A stretch of 64,000 nt of DNA from a virus (taxonomy: Duplodnaviria > Heunggongvirae > Uroviricota > Caudoviricetes). The notes under the pieces are model-generated. The model saw nothing but the letters and a program-made list of their open reading frames with translations, was not told the origin of the DNA and searched no databases. The stretch lies in IMG/VR virus record IMGVR_UViG_2654587674_000003. One strand, given 5' to 3'. Position 1 is the first letter of the stretch. Every line of letters begins with the position of its first letter. Shown here piece after piece: positions 1-9,354 of this stretch. Both the position numbers and the translations under genes were made by a program.

Positions 1-27
1 TTTGAAAGCGACTGATCTCATGTCTCA

Positions 28-71
28 CCATTTGTGTTAGAAAATACATATTAATTATCTAACACAAATGG
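28..71. promoter_or_regulatory. palindromic pair of TTTTCTAACA-type boxes (candidate C1-type operator)
   Basis: ccatttgtgttaga-N16-tctaacacaaatgg perfect inverted repeat; the same 10-mer recurs at 12 or more intergenic sites in this window. Confidence 0.4.
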
Positions 72-80
72 GTGCATTTT

Positions 81-734
81 CTATCCTTTCTTGAAATCGA
101 AGTTGCCAGCAGTGGCCTGAAAGGTTCCTCCTGCCTTGAAAGCTATGTCTCCGTTAGCGGTGACAGCAATATTTTCCCCATTAACATTGATGTTGTTGGC
201 TGATTTGACGTTAACACTCCCTCCTGCATTCACGATTACATCAGCCGGACCAATGATATATATCTGCCCAGACTCATTTATGCCAATCCTTGAGCCTGCT
301 GCCGTATTGGCAATTTCATAGCCGCCACCAGCAGTTCGTACTTCAAGAATATTGTTGCGGTGAATAACGAAGTCTTTCGTTGCTGAGATTTGGGGGCGGG
401 GAGGTGCTCCATCTACTTCCGGCGGCGTCCAGCCGTTGCCTTTGCCAGATGCTTCTGGTGCAACGTTTGGAATTCCTCCCGGTGCATCCTGAGCGGCACC
501 AACTATCATTGGGCGTCTGGTGTCTATTCGACCGTTAACATCTAAATAAGGAAACTCCACCCAGACCAGGTCACCTTTGACTGTAGGTACAAAAGCGTTC
601 CCGATGGGTAACTGGTATTCCGCCCAGGGTAGATCGTCATCAGGAACGCCATTCCAGTCAGGTAAAACACGGACTTGAGCACGCATAAGCCCTGCCGGGT
701 GCACAGTTCCAACAATTTGCGCTCTACGCTTCAT
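81..734 (-). CDS. baseplate spike/hub-like structural protein (gpV/gp45-like)
   Basis: 217-aa ORF; N-terminal region followed by Gly/Asn-rich repeats (NINVNGENIAVTANGDIAF) typical of spike proteins; first of four minus-strand ORFs with overlapping stops and starts. Confidence 0.4.
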   Translation of the reverse strand: MKRRAQIVGTVHPAGLMRAQVRVLPDWNGVPDDDLPWAEYQLPIGNAFVPTVKGDLVWVEFPYLDVNGRIDTRRPMIVGAAQDAPGGIPNVAPEASGKGNGWTPPEVDGAPPRPQISATKDFVIHRNNILEVRTAGGGYEIANTAAGSRIGINESGQIYIIGPADVIVNAGGSVNVKSANNINVNGENIAVTANGDIAFKAGGTFQATAGNFDFKKG

Positions 735-1711
735 TTGTTCGGCACTCCCAATATCATTCGTGTTGTGTAGCCTACGCGGTCCTCAAAGTGCGCAACATTT
801 TTTACTATCAGCTTACGGGGCATTGATTCATCAATGCGGTTTTCCTGGTCATAGCGGTATACGATAATCTCTATCACCATTCCCGGTTTTATATCAGGAT
901 TGCCTGCGACTTCTATATCCATTTTGGGGACGAGAGACAGCTGCATATTGCGAAGAGTTTCCATATCAGAGTCGGATATATAACGCACTGGGAGTGAGCT
1001 ATCGCCATATTCGACGTAGCCATCGGTCATGGAATACCCAACAAAACGATATTGATTCTTTGCTGTTGTCGCATGTTCCTGTTGGAGTAGGCGCATTTTT
1101 GACAAAGTGTATTCTGCTTTAGGGTTATTCCCCTCGTAGGTAAATGATGGCGTTTGCTTCATCAGATCAGCCAGGGTGTAAAAGTTAAATTCCCCCCGAC
1201 ATACCCAACACAATGCACCTTTGTCTCGCGCTATCTCCGAAAGCATTTTTGACGGTTTGTCACCGGCATTCAGATGATATGTAACTGCGCGTTTTAGCAC
1301 GCTGCTGGTAATTTTAAGTTTGCCGGAATATGCCTTGAATATAGCGTCTGGTGTTTTGTTGGTATGTAAATTTGTGCGCGGGGAGGGGATCTTAAACCTG
1401 CGCACGTCTTCACTGACAGCAATAACGGTAACAACATCACCAGCCAGCATTGCAGACGTAACAAAGAAATCTGTTTTAAAAGTGCCTGCATTACCGTTTG
1501 GATCGCCCATTTCAGCCACCAGCGATGCACCGTATTTGGCTTTCCAGTCATCAATTACGGTGCCGGTAGCGTCATGAATTTCCAGTTTTAGCAAAGGGGC
1601 TTTGAGGCTGGTTTTTTCTACATATACTGCGGTAAAAATCCAGTCTCGTGGCACTTTGTTATCGTTAATGAGCACTGACTGTAGAAAATATTGTTGTAAC
1701 TCCTGGGCCAC
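731..1711 (-). CDS. phage tail/baseplate-module protein, function unknown
   Basis: 326-aa ORF, 4-nt overlap with the downstream spike-like gene; no recognisable catalytic motif. Confidence 0.35.
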   Translation of the reverse strand: MAQELQQYFLQSVLINDNKVPRDWIFTAVYVEKTSLKAPLLKLEIHDATGTVIDDWKAKYGASLVAEMGDPNGNAGTFKTDFFVTSAMLAGDVVTVIAVSEDVRRFKIPSPRTNLHTNKTPDAIFKAYSGKLKITSSVLKRAVTYHLNAGDKPSKMLSEIARDKGALCWVCRGEFNFYTLADLMKQTPSFTYEGNNPKAEYTLSKMRLLQQEHATTAKNQYRFVGYSMTDGYVEYGDSSLPVRYISDSDMETLRNMQLSLVPKMDIEVAGNPDIKPGMVIEIIVYRYDQENRIDESMPRKLIVKNVAHFEDRVGYTTRMILGVPNK

Positions 1712-1714
1712 TTA

Positions 1715-2482
1715 TCACCCCATAGATATCGAGGTTTCGGTAATAATACGTTTTGCGTCCAACTCCCATGCTGTGATCACGTCTGCAATCACACTTATCG
1801 GCGCTTGTGTGGCATAAATACGCTCTTCTCCAATTGGTGCTGAAACATCCGTAAAGCCGACTTCTTTGGCATCCTGTATCGAGCAAATCAGCGGGACCGG
1901 GACACGAACAAGGTGAGTGGTTGCTTCAAATTGTGTACCTGTCATCAGGCGAAGCCGTGCGCCCAGCGAATTACACATCAGACTCATGGTCGCTTTATCA
2001 GTTGCCATTAACGTAACGTCATACGTCAGAATGGCCTGGGTGTATTCCAGTTCTGCTAAAGGCATTCCGGTATCCGGTTCGCAAAAACTGGCTACTTTTT
2101 TGCGGTCAATCTGCTGATCATCGTTGATATAATTGATATCCATAGTGCGTGAGATATTGACCAGGGGGAGAGCATCCCGGTTAATGTTCTGGTTTTCAGG
2201 TTTTCTCCCTTGCCCGGCATTTGCGCGACGAACTGCTTTAAGAAACTCGATCGCATTGTCGAAACGGGCCACATAGACACGCTCTGCTGGTGGACGATTC
2301 AGGAATGACGCAAAGCGTTTTTCTTCCGGCGCGGGGGCCACCAGTAAGATATCAGAAAAAATGTTGCTGATTAGCGTCGCAAACGCGTTATCCACGTTTT
2401 CAAAGCCCGTGGTCTGGAATTTTCCTGTGCGTGAGGTTTGCCATTCACCTGTTCGCGCCAGGAGGGTTTTATTTGAAGTCAT
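1715..2482 (-). CDS. phage structural-module protein, function unknown
   Basis: 255-aa ORF in the same co-oriented block; position only. Confidence 0.3.
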   Translation of the reverse strand: MTSNKTLLARTGEWQTSRTGKFQTTGFENVDNAFATLISNIFSDILLVAPAPEEKRFASFLNRPPAERVYVARFDNAIEFLKAVRRANAGQGRKPENQNINRDALPLVNISRTMDINYINDDQQIDRKKVASFCEPDTGMPLAELEYTQAILTYDVTLMATDKATMSLMCNSLGARLRLMTGTQFEATTHLVRVPVPLICSIQDAKEVGFTDVSAPIGEERIYATQAPISVIADVITAWELDAKRIITETSISMG

Positions 2483-3282
2483 TCGATCACTCCGTTTTGA
2501 GTCGTATCAAAATTCCTGGCAGGTATGCAGTAGTAAAGCGAACCAACATGCTGTGTGCCGTAGCTAAAAATACGGTGCACGTACCACCAGCGGCGCGCTA
2601 CGCCGTTTACCATCTCTTCATTCCATTCAAGAATTGAGCCGACGGGGACGTTATTTGCTGCAATACGCAGAATCAGAACATCATCGGTTAAGCCATCCTG
2701 CTCACCGTCTGCGTCAATCGCATGGAAAGAGTCACGCCCGTCAGGGTTATCCAGCACATAAACGATTTCAGGTTCCTGGTAAGTCAGTTCGCGTTGGTTG
2801 TTATCCAGTTCAGTGAATGACTCTTCTCCTGTTTCGTCGCTGACTACCCCATATGTGCCAACATCTGGTCGATATAAGAGAGCCTGAAACGCGTCTGGGC
2901 TGGATTCAATAATCAGCATCCAGTCTGCGCGGATTTGGTCGTTAAAGGCTTTATGCCCGTTATAGCGTGCTTTTAACTGTGGAGTCGGTTCTCTGCCAGC
3001 CAGGGAAGATGGAAGTATGGCTATATCTGATTCGCCAGCATCCGGAGTAAGGCCACCGTTGCTATCAGCAAAATTATCATGGCTATCAGCTTTGGCGGCG
3101 GGTTGCTCTTCCAGAATGCTGAATGAATCCGAACCGGTATTGCCATGTTCCGGCGCGCCTCCTGCATTCGCTTCAATCGGCGCTGGCGTTTCTCTCTGCG
3201 TGCTGTCATGTTCTGACTCCTTACTTGCCAGGTTTGCATCGTCAGCAAACCATTCGTCAAAACGGCCCATAAGCATCCTCAA
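2479..3282 (-). CDS. acidic phage protein, function unknown
   Basis: 267-aa ORF with a very acidic N-terminal half; overlaps the downstream gene by 4 nt. Confidence 0.3.
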   Translation of the reverse strand: MRMLMGRFDEWFADDANLASKESEHDSTQRETPAPIEANAGGAPEHGNTGSDSFSILEEQPAAKADSHDNFADSNGGLTPDAGESDIAILPSSLAGREPTPQLKARYNGHKAFNDQIRADWMLIIESSPDAFQALLYRPDVGTYGVVSDETGEESFTELDNNQRELTYQEPEIVYVLDNPDGRDSFHAIDADGEQDGLTDDVLILRIAANNVPVGSILEWNEEMVNGVARRWWYVHRIFSYGTQHVGSLYYCIPARNFDTTQNGVIE

Positions 3283-3432
3283 AGGTCGATCTGTCAGGTA
3301 TCGAAAGGAAGATTTTCGGGAGATTGTGATTTTGGATGAAGGAGGGGGAATTCATAAAATGCACTTGCGCACAGTGCAACGGTGCGCTATAGTTATGGCA
3401 TTCGGTAATCATCACGGAGGATCAAATGACTA

Positions 3433-3735
3433 ATGACCAAAAAAATTAACATAAAGGATTTCAGGGATGCGTGGCTTGATGATTTTTTTGAATTTTCAAC
3501 ACCACATAGAAAGATACCTCCTGATATTCATATGACATTGTCACGGAAGTTGGACATTATCAATGCCGCAACTACCTGTAAGGATTTAAGATCACCACCA
3601 GGTAATCGGTATGAGGAACTGTCAGGGAAGCTAAATGGCTATTCATCAGTAAGGGTGAATAAGCAATATAGGTTAATTTTTAAGTGGGTTAACGGAAAGG
3701 CCGAGGACTTGTATCTCGACCCTCACAAATACTAA
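3433..3735 (+). CDS. higB: HigB-family toxin (RelE/ParE fold, plasmid maintenance killer)
   Basis: 100-aa ORF; C-terminal YSSVRVNKQYRLIFKW..GKAEDLYLDPHKY resembles the HigB motif as recalled; toxin-first order with an adjacent HTH antitoxin. Confidence 0.7.
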   Translation: MTKKINIKDFRDAWLDDFFEFSTPHRKIPPDIHMTLSRKLDIINAATTCKDLRSPPGNRYEELSGKLNGYSSVRVNKQYRLIFKWVNGKAEDLYLDPHKY

Positions 3736-3805
3736 AACAGATACCCGGTTACGGACCGGGTTCTGACCAGAGTCCACTTAATACGCACGCTAGTAAGGGC
3801 AAAAA

Positions 3806-4144
3806 ATGAAACAGGCAACCAGAAAACCGACGACCGTAGGTGATATCCTGCTGTACGAATACCTGGAGCCGTTAGAGCTGAAGATCAACGAGTTAGCAGA
3901 AATACTTCATGTTCATCGTAACACCGTAAGCGCTCTTGTTAATAACAATCGTAAGCTAACGATGGATATGGCATATCGCCTGGCAAAAGCATTCGATACT
4001 TCTGTAGATTTTTGGATTAATCTTCAGACCGCAGTAGATCTGTGGGAAGTCGAAAATGATATGCGCGTCCAGGAAGAGTTAAGTCGTATCAATACTGCTG
4101 AAAAATTTATTTCTCAGCGGAACCTGAATAAAAAAGCAGCCTGA
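3806..4144 (+). CDS. higA: HigA-family antitoxin (XRE-type HTH)
   Basis: 112-aa ORF with HTH LAEILHVHRNTVSALVNNNRKLTMDMAYRLAKAF; immediately downstream of higB. Confidence 0.7.
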   Translation: MKQATRKPTTVGDILLYEYLEPLELKINELAEILHVHRNTVSALVNNNRKLTMDMAYRLAKAFDTSVDFWINLQTAVDLWEVENDMRVQEELSRINTAEKFISQRNLNKKAA

Positions 4145-4170
4145 TATAGTAAAACACATACAAAAAGCCC

Positions 4171-4197
4171 ACTTAGCAAGTGGGCTTTCCTTTGTAA
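4171..4197 (+). terminator. intrinsic terminator-like hairpin after higA
   Basis: aaagcccactt-agc-aagtgggcttt: perfect 11-bp stem followed by cctttg. Confidence 0.45.
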
Positions 4198-4200
4198 TTA

Positions 4201-4401
4201 ATGAACATTAAACCTATCCGTACAGAACAAGATTATGAGGCCGCACTGCGTGCGGTCGAACCGATGTTCGATAACGAACCGGAAATGAATACTCCGGAAG
4301 GTGATTTCTTTGAGGTTATGAGTCTTCTCATTGAGGAGTACGAGAAGAAACATTACCCAATTCAACCACCATCACCTGTTGAATCTTTTAACTATCCATA
4401 A
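4201..4401 (+). CDS. small protein resembling the N-terminal half of a HigA2/VapI-type antitoxin; possibly a truncated remnant
   Basis: 66 aa; pattern EQDYEAAL..V..MFD..PE..TPEGD..E.LIEEYEKKHYPI matches the non-HTH N-domain of such antitoxins; ORF stops where the HTH would begin, at the edge of an AT-rich insert. Confidence 0.35.
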   Translation: MNIKPIRTEQDYEAALRAVEPMFDNEPEMNTPEGDFFEVMSLLIEEYEKKHYPIQPPSPVESFNYP

Positions 4402-4422
4402 TAAAAGTAATCAGGATAAGCT

Positions 4423-5151
4423 ATGATGTCAGAAAAAGTTAAAGATAATCCGTCTATAAATGAAACAGAACTAAAATCATTTTCTGAAATAATAAAAGAT
4501 AAAATATTTAACAAGGTTTTTGCATATGTTGTCATTTCTTTTCTAATTTTTAACTGGAAGGATATTTTAATTATATTAAAGTCAAAGGACGACATCCTAT
4601 ATACATTATCTATTGTTTCTGTTGGTGGTAATGTCCCGTTCATTGATAATTGGATTGTATCCCCGTGGGTTTATCACGTTGTAATCCCATTTATTTATGG
4701 AGTATTTGCATCTGTGTTAGCTCCTGTTCTCACACTGAAGATATCTAAGCTAACAAGTAAATTATACACTGAAATAAGATATTTAGATGAAGTTGCTGAT
4801 TATGATAAAAGAATAGAATTGCAAAGAAAGAAAACAAAGTTAAATCAAGCAACCAATGACGCTAAATATTCAAAACAAATCTTAGATGAAAATGAAAATA
4901 AACTTAATGACTTGGTTACGAAACAGCGAGAAATTTGTGGCGCGATAAAACTATTGCATACTGATGTTGGCAGTATTATTGAACTATATAAAAATAAGGG
5001 GGTTAGCATTGAATCTCCGCAAGATTTATGTGATTTTATAGTCGCTATAAAAAGCACATCATTCTATAATGATGACAAGCATTTTAATAAATTGGTGTCT
5101 GATATTTCCAGTTTGTTTGATAATACTGGAATTGATCTTTCAAAAAAATGA
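4423..5151 (+). CDS. membrane protein with C-terminal coiled coil, function unknown (candidate defence or exclusion factor)
   Basis: 242-aa ORF; two predicted TM helices (VFAYVVISFLIFNW; WVYHVVIPFIYGVFASVLAPVL); coding region is strikingly AT-rich compared with flanks; own terminator. Confidence 0.5.
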   Translation: MMSEKVKDNPSINETELKSFSEIIKDKIFNKVFAYVVISFLIFNWKDILIILKSKDDILYTLSIVSVGGNVPFIDNWIVSPWVYHVVIPFIYGVFASVLAPVLTLKISKLTSKLYTEIRYLDEVADYDKRIELQRKKTKLNQATNDAKYSKQILDENENKLNDLVTKQREICGAIKLLHTDVGSIIELYKNKGVSIESPQDLCDFIVAIKSTSFYNDDKHFNKLVSDISSLFDNTGIDLSKK

Positions 5152-5157
5152 AAGCCC

Positions 5158-5197
5158 AGCATAAACTACTAGGCTATGTGTGGTTTATGCTTTTTTT
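5158..5197 (+). terminator. intrinsic terminator
   Basis: agcataaac-N16-gtttatgct stem followed by T7 run. Confidence 0.55.
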
Positions 5198-6378
5198 ACA
5201 TACTCCATGAACATTTTTTCAGCTTGTGCTGGTGGTGTTCCAGCCATGACAAGCGCATCAATGAACGCCTGCTTCTTCAGTGCGAACTGATCGGCAAGGC
5301 GTTGCTGAAGCTCCTTGTTTTTCTGTTTCTCACGTTGCAAGGCCGCTTCTTTTGCTGCCGCCCGTTTTTTCTGTGCATCTGACAACTTTCTGGCCTTGGT
5401 CAATTGGTCACGTAGTTTGTCGATCTTGCCGTTGTCCTTTGCCAGTTTTGTACTTAAAGCTGCCTGGCGCTTCTGATAGAGCCTCCATTCGCGTTTGGCG
5501 GCTTCAACGTTCGTTTTACTGCTACGATTGCGATTAAACTCCTTCTCGTCTTCTTTTGAGAAGTGTTTGGTTGTACGGCGGCGATCGTCACCAAATGCAA
5601 TTTGCGTTGCAGCCTTTTGTAGCGCACGAGCAATACTCATTTGCCAACTGGCGGACTGTAACCGCGTCATTGAGTGGATCACGTGTTTACAGGCGACGCC
5701 TTGCAGCTTCGGGTTGCGAACTTTTGGATAGGCGTATTCTTTTGGCGGTGCCAGGGCAAAGTTACCCGCAGTGGCGATGTAACGATACCAGTATTGATGA
5801 CGACCACAGTCACAATCGAAAGACACTCGCCCGGCGCACAGTGATTTAGTGATTTTGAGAGCTGATTTATCGTCTTCTGCGATGTCATCAACCATCTGAT
5901 CCCATTCTTCAAAGCGTATCCGGACGATATGGTGCTGGTGGACGGATATATCCGATGCTTCTACGCGGATATTAATCACATTGTGGCGAAGAGATACGGG
6001 TGTAGCTCTTTTGATACCAGATCCGTCATCCACGGCGTTATTTGCACGCTTAATATCGATTGCCTGGCTGGATGCCACCAGCTGGGCGTATGTGATGCCA
6101 GCCGTCTTGCTGTCATATTTTTCGCGCGTTTTACTCCGTAGCTTTTCGAAACCTTTCAGGTCGTCTCGCGTGAAGAACGTGCCGCCTTTTTTCTTCCCTA
6201 ACTTGAGAATATCTTCGGCGGATTTGTTCCTCAGTCTACCTGGCGTCAGCGTCCGGTGAGCTTGTCGGCGCTTACGGGTTTGTTCTTTCCTGATAAGGTC
6301 GAATAAACGCGTGAAGTCCTTAGAGGACAGGCCGTCAGTGATATAGCGCCCGTCCTGGTTTTTCAGGAAATCAGGCAT
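5185..6378 (-). CDS. SWIM zinc-finger protein with basic coiled-coil C-terminus, function unknown
   Basis: 397 aa; CxC-x(n)-CxH motif (FDCDCGRHQYWYRY...QGVACKHVIHSM); Lys/Arg/Gln-rich C-terminal third. Confidence 0.5.
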   Translation of the reverse strand: MPDFLKNQDGRYITDGLSSKDFTRLFDLIRKEQTRKRRQAHRTLTPGRLRNKSAEDILKLGKKKGGTFFTRDDLKGFEKLRSKTREKYDSKTAGITYAQLVASSQAIDIKRANNAVDDGSGIKRATPVSLRHNVINIRVEASDISVHQHHIVRIRFEEWDQMVDDIAEDDKSALKITKSLCAGRVSFDCDCGRHQYWYRYIATAGNFALAPPKEYAYPKVRNPKLQGVACKHVIHSMTRLQSASWQMSIARALQKAATQIAFGDDRRRTTKHFSKEDEKEFNRNRSSKTNVEAAKREWRLYQKRQAALSTKLAKDNGKIDKLRDQLTKARKLSDAQKKRAAAKEAALQREKQKNKELQQRLADQFALKKQAFIDALVMAGTPPAQAEKMFMEYVKKA

Positions 6379-6700
6379 TTTCTATCTCCGGTTCCGCGCT
6401 TGCGTAATCACGGATCTTGTTCCTCAGCCATGCCACATCAGGAAGAGTTAACGTGGTCCCTGCGGGCATTTCTTCAATTTCTGACTCATGGCCCACCAGC
6501 ACCCGGAATACCCAGCGCAAATCTGCATTGCCATACGCCCTGTAGGCTGCAAGGTCTGAACGATATACTTCATCAATCTTTATCGTGTACTGGAAATTAT
6601 CAGAGTGATACTCCGATACCCGCTTAATCATTTCCTGGTGAAACAGCGCACGAAAAATATCGTCTTCAATGTACCTATCGTCGAGTCTGCTATAGCCCAT
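6371..6700 (-). CDS. hypothetical protein, translationally coupled to the SWIM protein
   Basis: 109-aa ORF overlapping the start of the downstream gene by 8 nt. Confidence 0.4.
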   Translation of the reverse strand: MGYSRLDDRYIEDDIFRALFHQEMIKRVSEYHSDNFQYTIKIDEVYRSDLAAYRAYGNADLRWVFRVLVGHESEIEEMPAGTTLTLPDVAWLRNKIRDYASAEPEIENA

Positions 6701-7028
6701 AACAAAGCCTCTCAGTCATAACCTGGGGGAAACTGTATGCAGGGTGTGAAATGCGAGAAACAGACAGGCCACCAGTTCAGGGGGATGTGGTTCATAAATC
6801 CCCTCACTGGTGACAAGTGACTTTCATTAATCTTTATGCGGGGGCCAGCTTCATTTGCTGGCATTAGATTAAAAATCAAACGGAGTAAATGACATGGATG
6901 TTATCTTCGAATTATTAATGCTAATTGATCTGTTTATGAACGCTTCATTGACCACTCAAATACTCGCGTCAATATTTTTGTTACTCTTCTACCTGGTATT
7001 GAGGGAGTTAACAAAGCTACTAATGTGA

Positions 7029-7682
7029 TCAAAGTATCACGGTATCTTCATCAACTTCTTTCCCAGTCAGCGACTTTGGCTGGGAGGTGCCTGCTTTAAC
7101 TTTTTCATGCCCAATAATGGACAGGAACGAAGCGAGTATGCCTGTTTTTTGCTCTTTCTCGACTGTACCGGTCATCTGCTCTACGTAATCCGCACTGGCA
7201 ACATTGTGGTATACGGTCGCGTAGCAACACAGGATCATCAAAATATGTTCCGGCCTGATATCCTGCCAGTTCACCCGGTAAACTTCTTCTCCGTTACCGT
7301 TGTATTCGGTGTCAACGATGGAGTCGGGAATTTCGAAAGCACCTTTATTGTTTTGCGGCAGGGATAATAGCTTCTGGAGTTTTAGCTCTCTGTATCTTTC
7401 CATCCCTACGATGATCGCAGCTCTGCCGTCGGCATGACGTGTCTTGAGTGTTACCTGGCTTGCTCCGGTGCCAGCGGAGATCGTTGGCGTAATTTCGTCT
7501 ACCAGCACCTTAAATTTGCTTTTCCGCAGGGCTGCTATAGCTGGAGGAATCTTTTGCTTTTGTTCCAATGCTGACGCGGGAAGGGGTTTTACTTCGTTAA
7601 TCACGAGAGCACCGTCTTTCAGTATTGCAGTGAGCATTTGCGGTTTGCTGGTGGTCAGGCTGAATATTGCTATCTTCTCCAT
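7029..7682 (-). CDS. hypothetical protein
   Basis: ATG at 7682 preceded by ggaggaagg RBS (track ORF extends to 7724 from an upstream alternative start); 218 aa. Confidence 0.45.
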   Translation of the reverse strand: MEKIAIFSLTTSKPQMLTAILKDGALVINEVKPLPASALEQKQKIPPAIAALRKSKFKVLVDEITPTISAGTGASQVTLKTRHADGRAAIIVGMERYRELKLQKLLSLPQNNKGAFEIPDSIVDTEYNGNGEEVYRVNWQDIRPEHILMILCCYATVYHNVASADYVEQMTGTVEKEQKTGILASFLSIIGHEKVKAGTSQPKSLTGKEVDEDTVIL

Positions 7683-7708
7683 TGTCCTTCCTCCACGGAT
7701 GACGGATA

Positions 7709-7734
7709 CAAAAAAAGGCCGCACATGGCGGCCT
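7709..7734 (-). terminator. terminator-like hairpin
   Basis: aggccgc-acatg-gcggcct stem with A7 run on plus strand (T-run on minus). Confidence 0.3.
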
Positions 7735-7950
7735 GCTTTGGCGTTATGACTCCCTACCGCGCTTCGGCTGAAAGTTAATCGTCAAAAGAACCTTCAACGG
7801 GAGCCGTTAGCGCGATGGATTATGTGCAGTTTGTGATTTCCAGAATAGTGTCAACCACTTTTTGAGGATTTTATTATTTGACCGAAACTTGGCCTAAATC
7901 ATGTTGATGTAGTTGATTGTTTTTATAACATAAAACTTCATTTTGTTTAC

Positions 7951-8574
7951 ATGAAGGATGGTGTAGTGAAGTTAAGGGTTTTAGGGGCCGCGCTCGCGGC
8001 TATGTTGGGATGCGTATCTGCTAATACTGCCAATGCAACTGCGTTACCTGCACAATTCAGGGCAGGGCAGCAGGTTATGAATAACGCTGTTGGGGATCAT
8101 TCACAAGCGGCCATTATGGACTTTTGCAAGAGGGAGGGCATTCCATTACGGCCTGTTGGAACTCAGTTTATTGGTAAAACTGACTTTTGCGTTTTTGCAT
8201 ATACAGCATATCTGACGGACAAAGCTATAACAAAAACAGGTTATTCAACCAAAGATACTCTTTCCAGATTAAGTCAGGGATGGCAGCAATTCGAAGTGTA
8301 TCGCCAGCAAGGATTAGGTGAGTTATTGCAACCACTTTTTATGCTTGCGTTGGTGCCAGAGGGGCAGCAATTTTTGGTTAAAAAGGGAATGCTTCGCCAA
8401 AGTGATATTGCCGGGTTCGATAGCATGATGGCTTATGAGCGCAAACTAACCGAGCAGCGAAATAAAAAACCATCTGCTTCATGTGTGCAAAGTAAAACAG
8501 CAGAATACAGTGCAGTAGCCGGGCCTTTAGCCAAACAAATGGCAGAGCAATGGTGTAAAAAATACGGGCAATAA
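7951..8574 (+). CDS. exported protein or lipoprotein, function unknown
   Basis: 207 aa; N-terminal signal peptide LGAALAAMLGCVSANTANA with possible lipobox. Confidence 0.45.
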   Translation: MKDGVVKLRVLGAALAAMLGCVSANTANATALPAQFRAGQQVMNNAVGDHSQAAIMDFCKREGIPLRPVGTQFIGKTDFCVFAYTAYLTDKAITKTGYSTKDTLSRLSQGWQQFEVYRQQGLGELLQPLFMLALVPEGQQFLVKKGMLRQSDIAGFDSMMAYERKLTEQRNKKPSASCVQSKTAEYSAVAGPLAKQMAEQWCKKYGQ

Positions 8575-8594
8575 GTTACGCAGCGGAGGCAGAA

Positions 8595-8987
8595 TTGAAC
8601 AGATTGGCTATTGCTTTACTGGCGTCTTTCCCTTTGATCGCGAGCGCCGGAAATTTACAAGTTAAGTGCGGTCGGTTTGATATAAAAATCTATCCAGATG
8701 CCATATTTCTGAATGGGAATAAGGTTGATAACGCACACCGAAAAACTGAATCTGACGTAATGAGCTATGTGTTCCAGGAGTATGCGGAGATGGGGGGAAC
8801 TTACACGCTGTACTCGCTGGATGTTCCTTCTCGCGGTGATATGACATTATCCCATCAATGGCAGAACGCCGATGGCGAAGCTCTGCGCGAGGTTAAAACA
8901 GAAAAATGTGGCACTTTCCATTCTTTTAAAGGGAAAGCGCCAAATGTTAAATCTGTGCTTGAAAAACAGCGCGCAGGTGAGCTTTAA
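8595..8987 (+). CDS. secreted protein, function unknown
   Basis: 130 aa; signal peptide MNRLAIALLASFPLIASAGN. Confidence 0.45.
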   Translation: MNRLAIALLASFPLIASAGNLQVKCGRFDIKIYPDAIFLNGNKVDNAHRKTESDVMSYVFQEYAEMGGTYTLYSLDVPSRGDMTLSHQWQNADGEALREVKTEKCGTFHSFKGKAPNVKSVLEKQRAGEL

Positions 8988-9295
8988 ACACCTTTAACCA
9001 CGGAGATGCCGTTCCCTGCACGATAGCTGCGGGGAACGGAATTCTCCATCAGGTCACGAATTACTCCCGCCTCATGTAGTTCCTCTGTTTCCCAGTATCT
9101 GTTTGTCACCAGATCCAGGCTGGCTATGACCTTGTGCCGGTCATTCGGCATAGCCAATTTTTCTGCTATAACCATCAGTGAAAACTCTTCATCCAGTAGG
9201 ATTTGATACCAGACTTTTGCCAGTTCCAACTCTCTAATGAGGGTGAAGCGCCGCTCAAGTGTGGCGGCAGAATAAGTGAAATCTATTTTTTTCAT
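8984..9295 (-). CDS. hypothetical protein
   Basis: 103-aa ORF convergent with the exported-protein genes. Confidence 0.35.
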   Translation of the reverse strand: MKKIDFTYSAATLERRFTLIRELELAKVWYQILLDEEFSLMVIAEKLAMPNDRHKVIASLDLVTNRYWETEELHEAGVIRDLMENSVPRSYRAGNGISVVKGV

Positions 9296-9354
9296 CGTGC
9301 GGATAATCCGATTATTTGGCAGTTAAATCCCCGGCGTCGCCGGGGATGCAGCAT

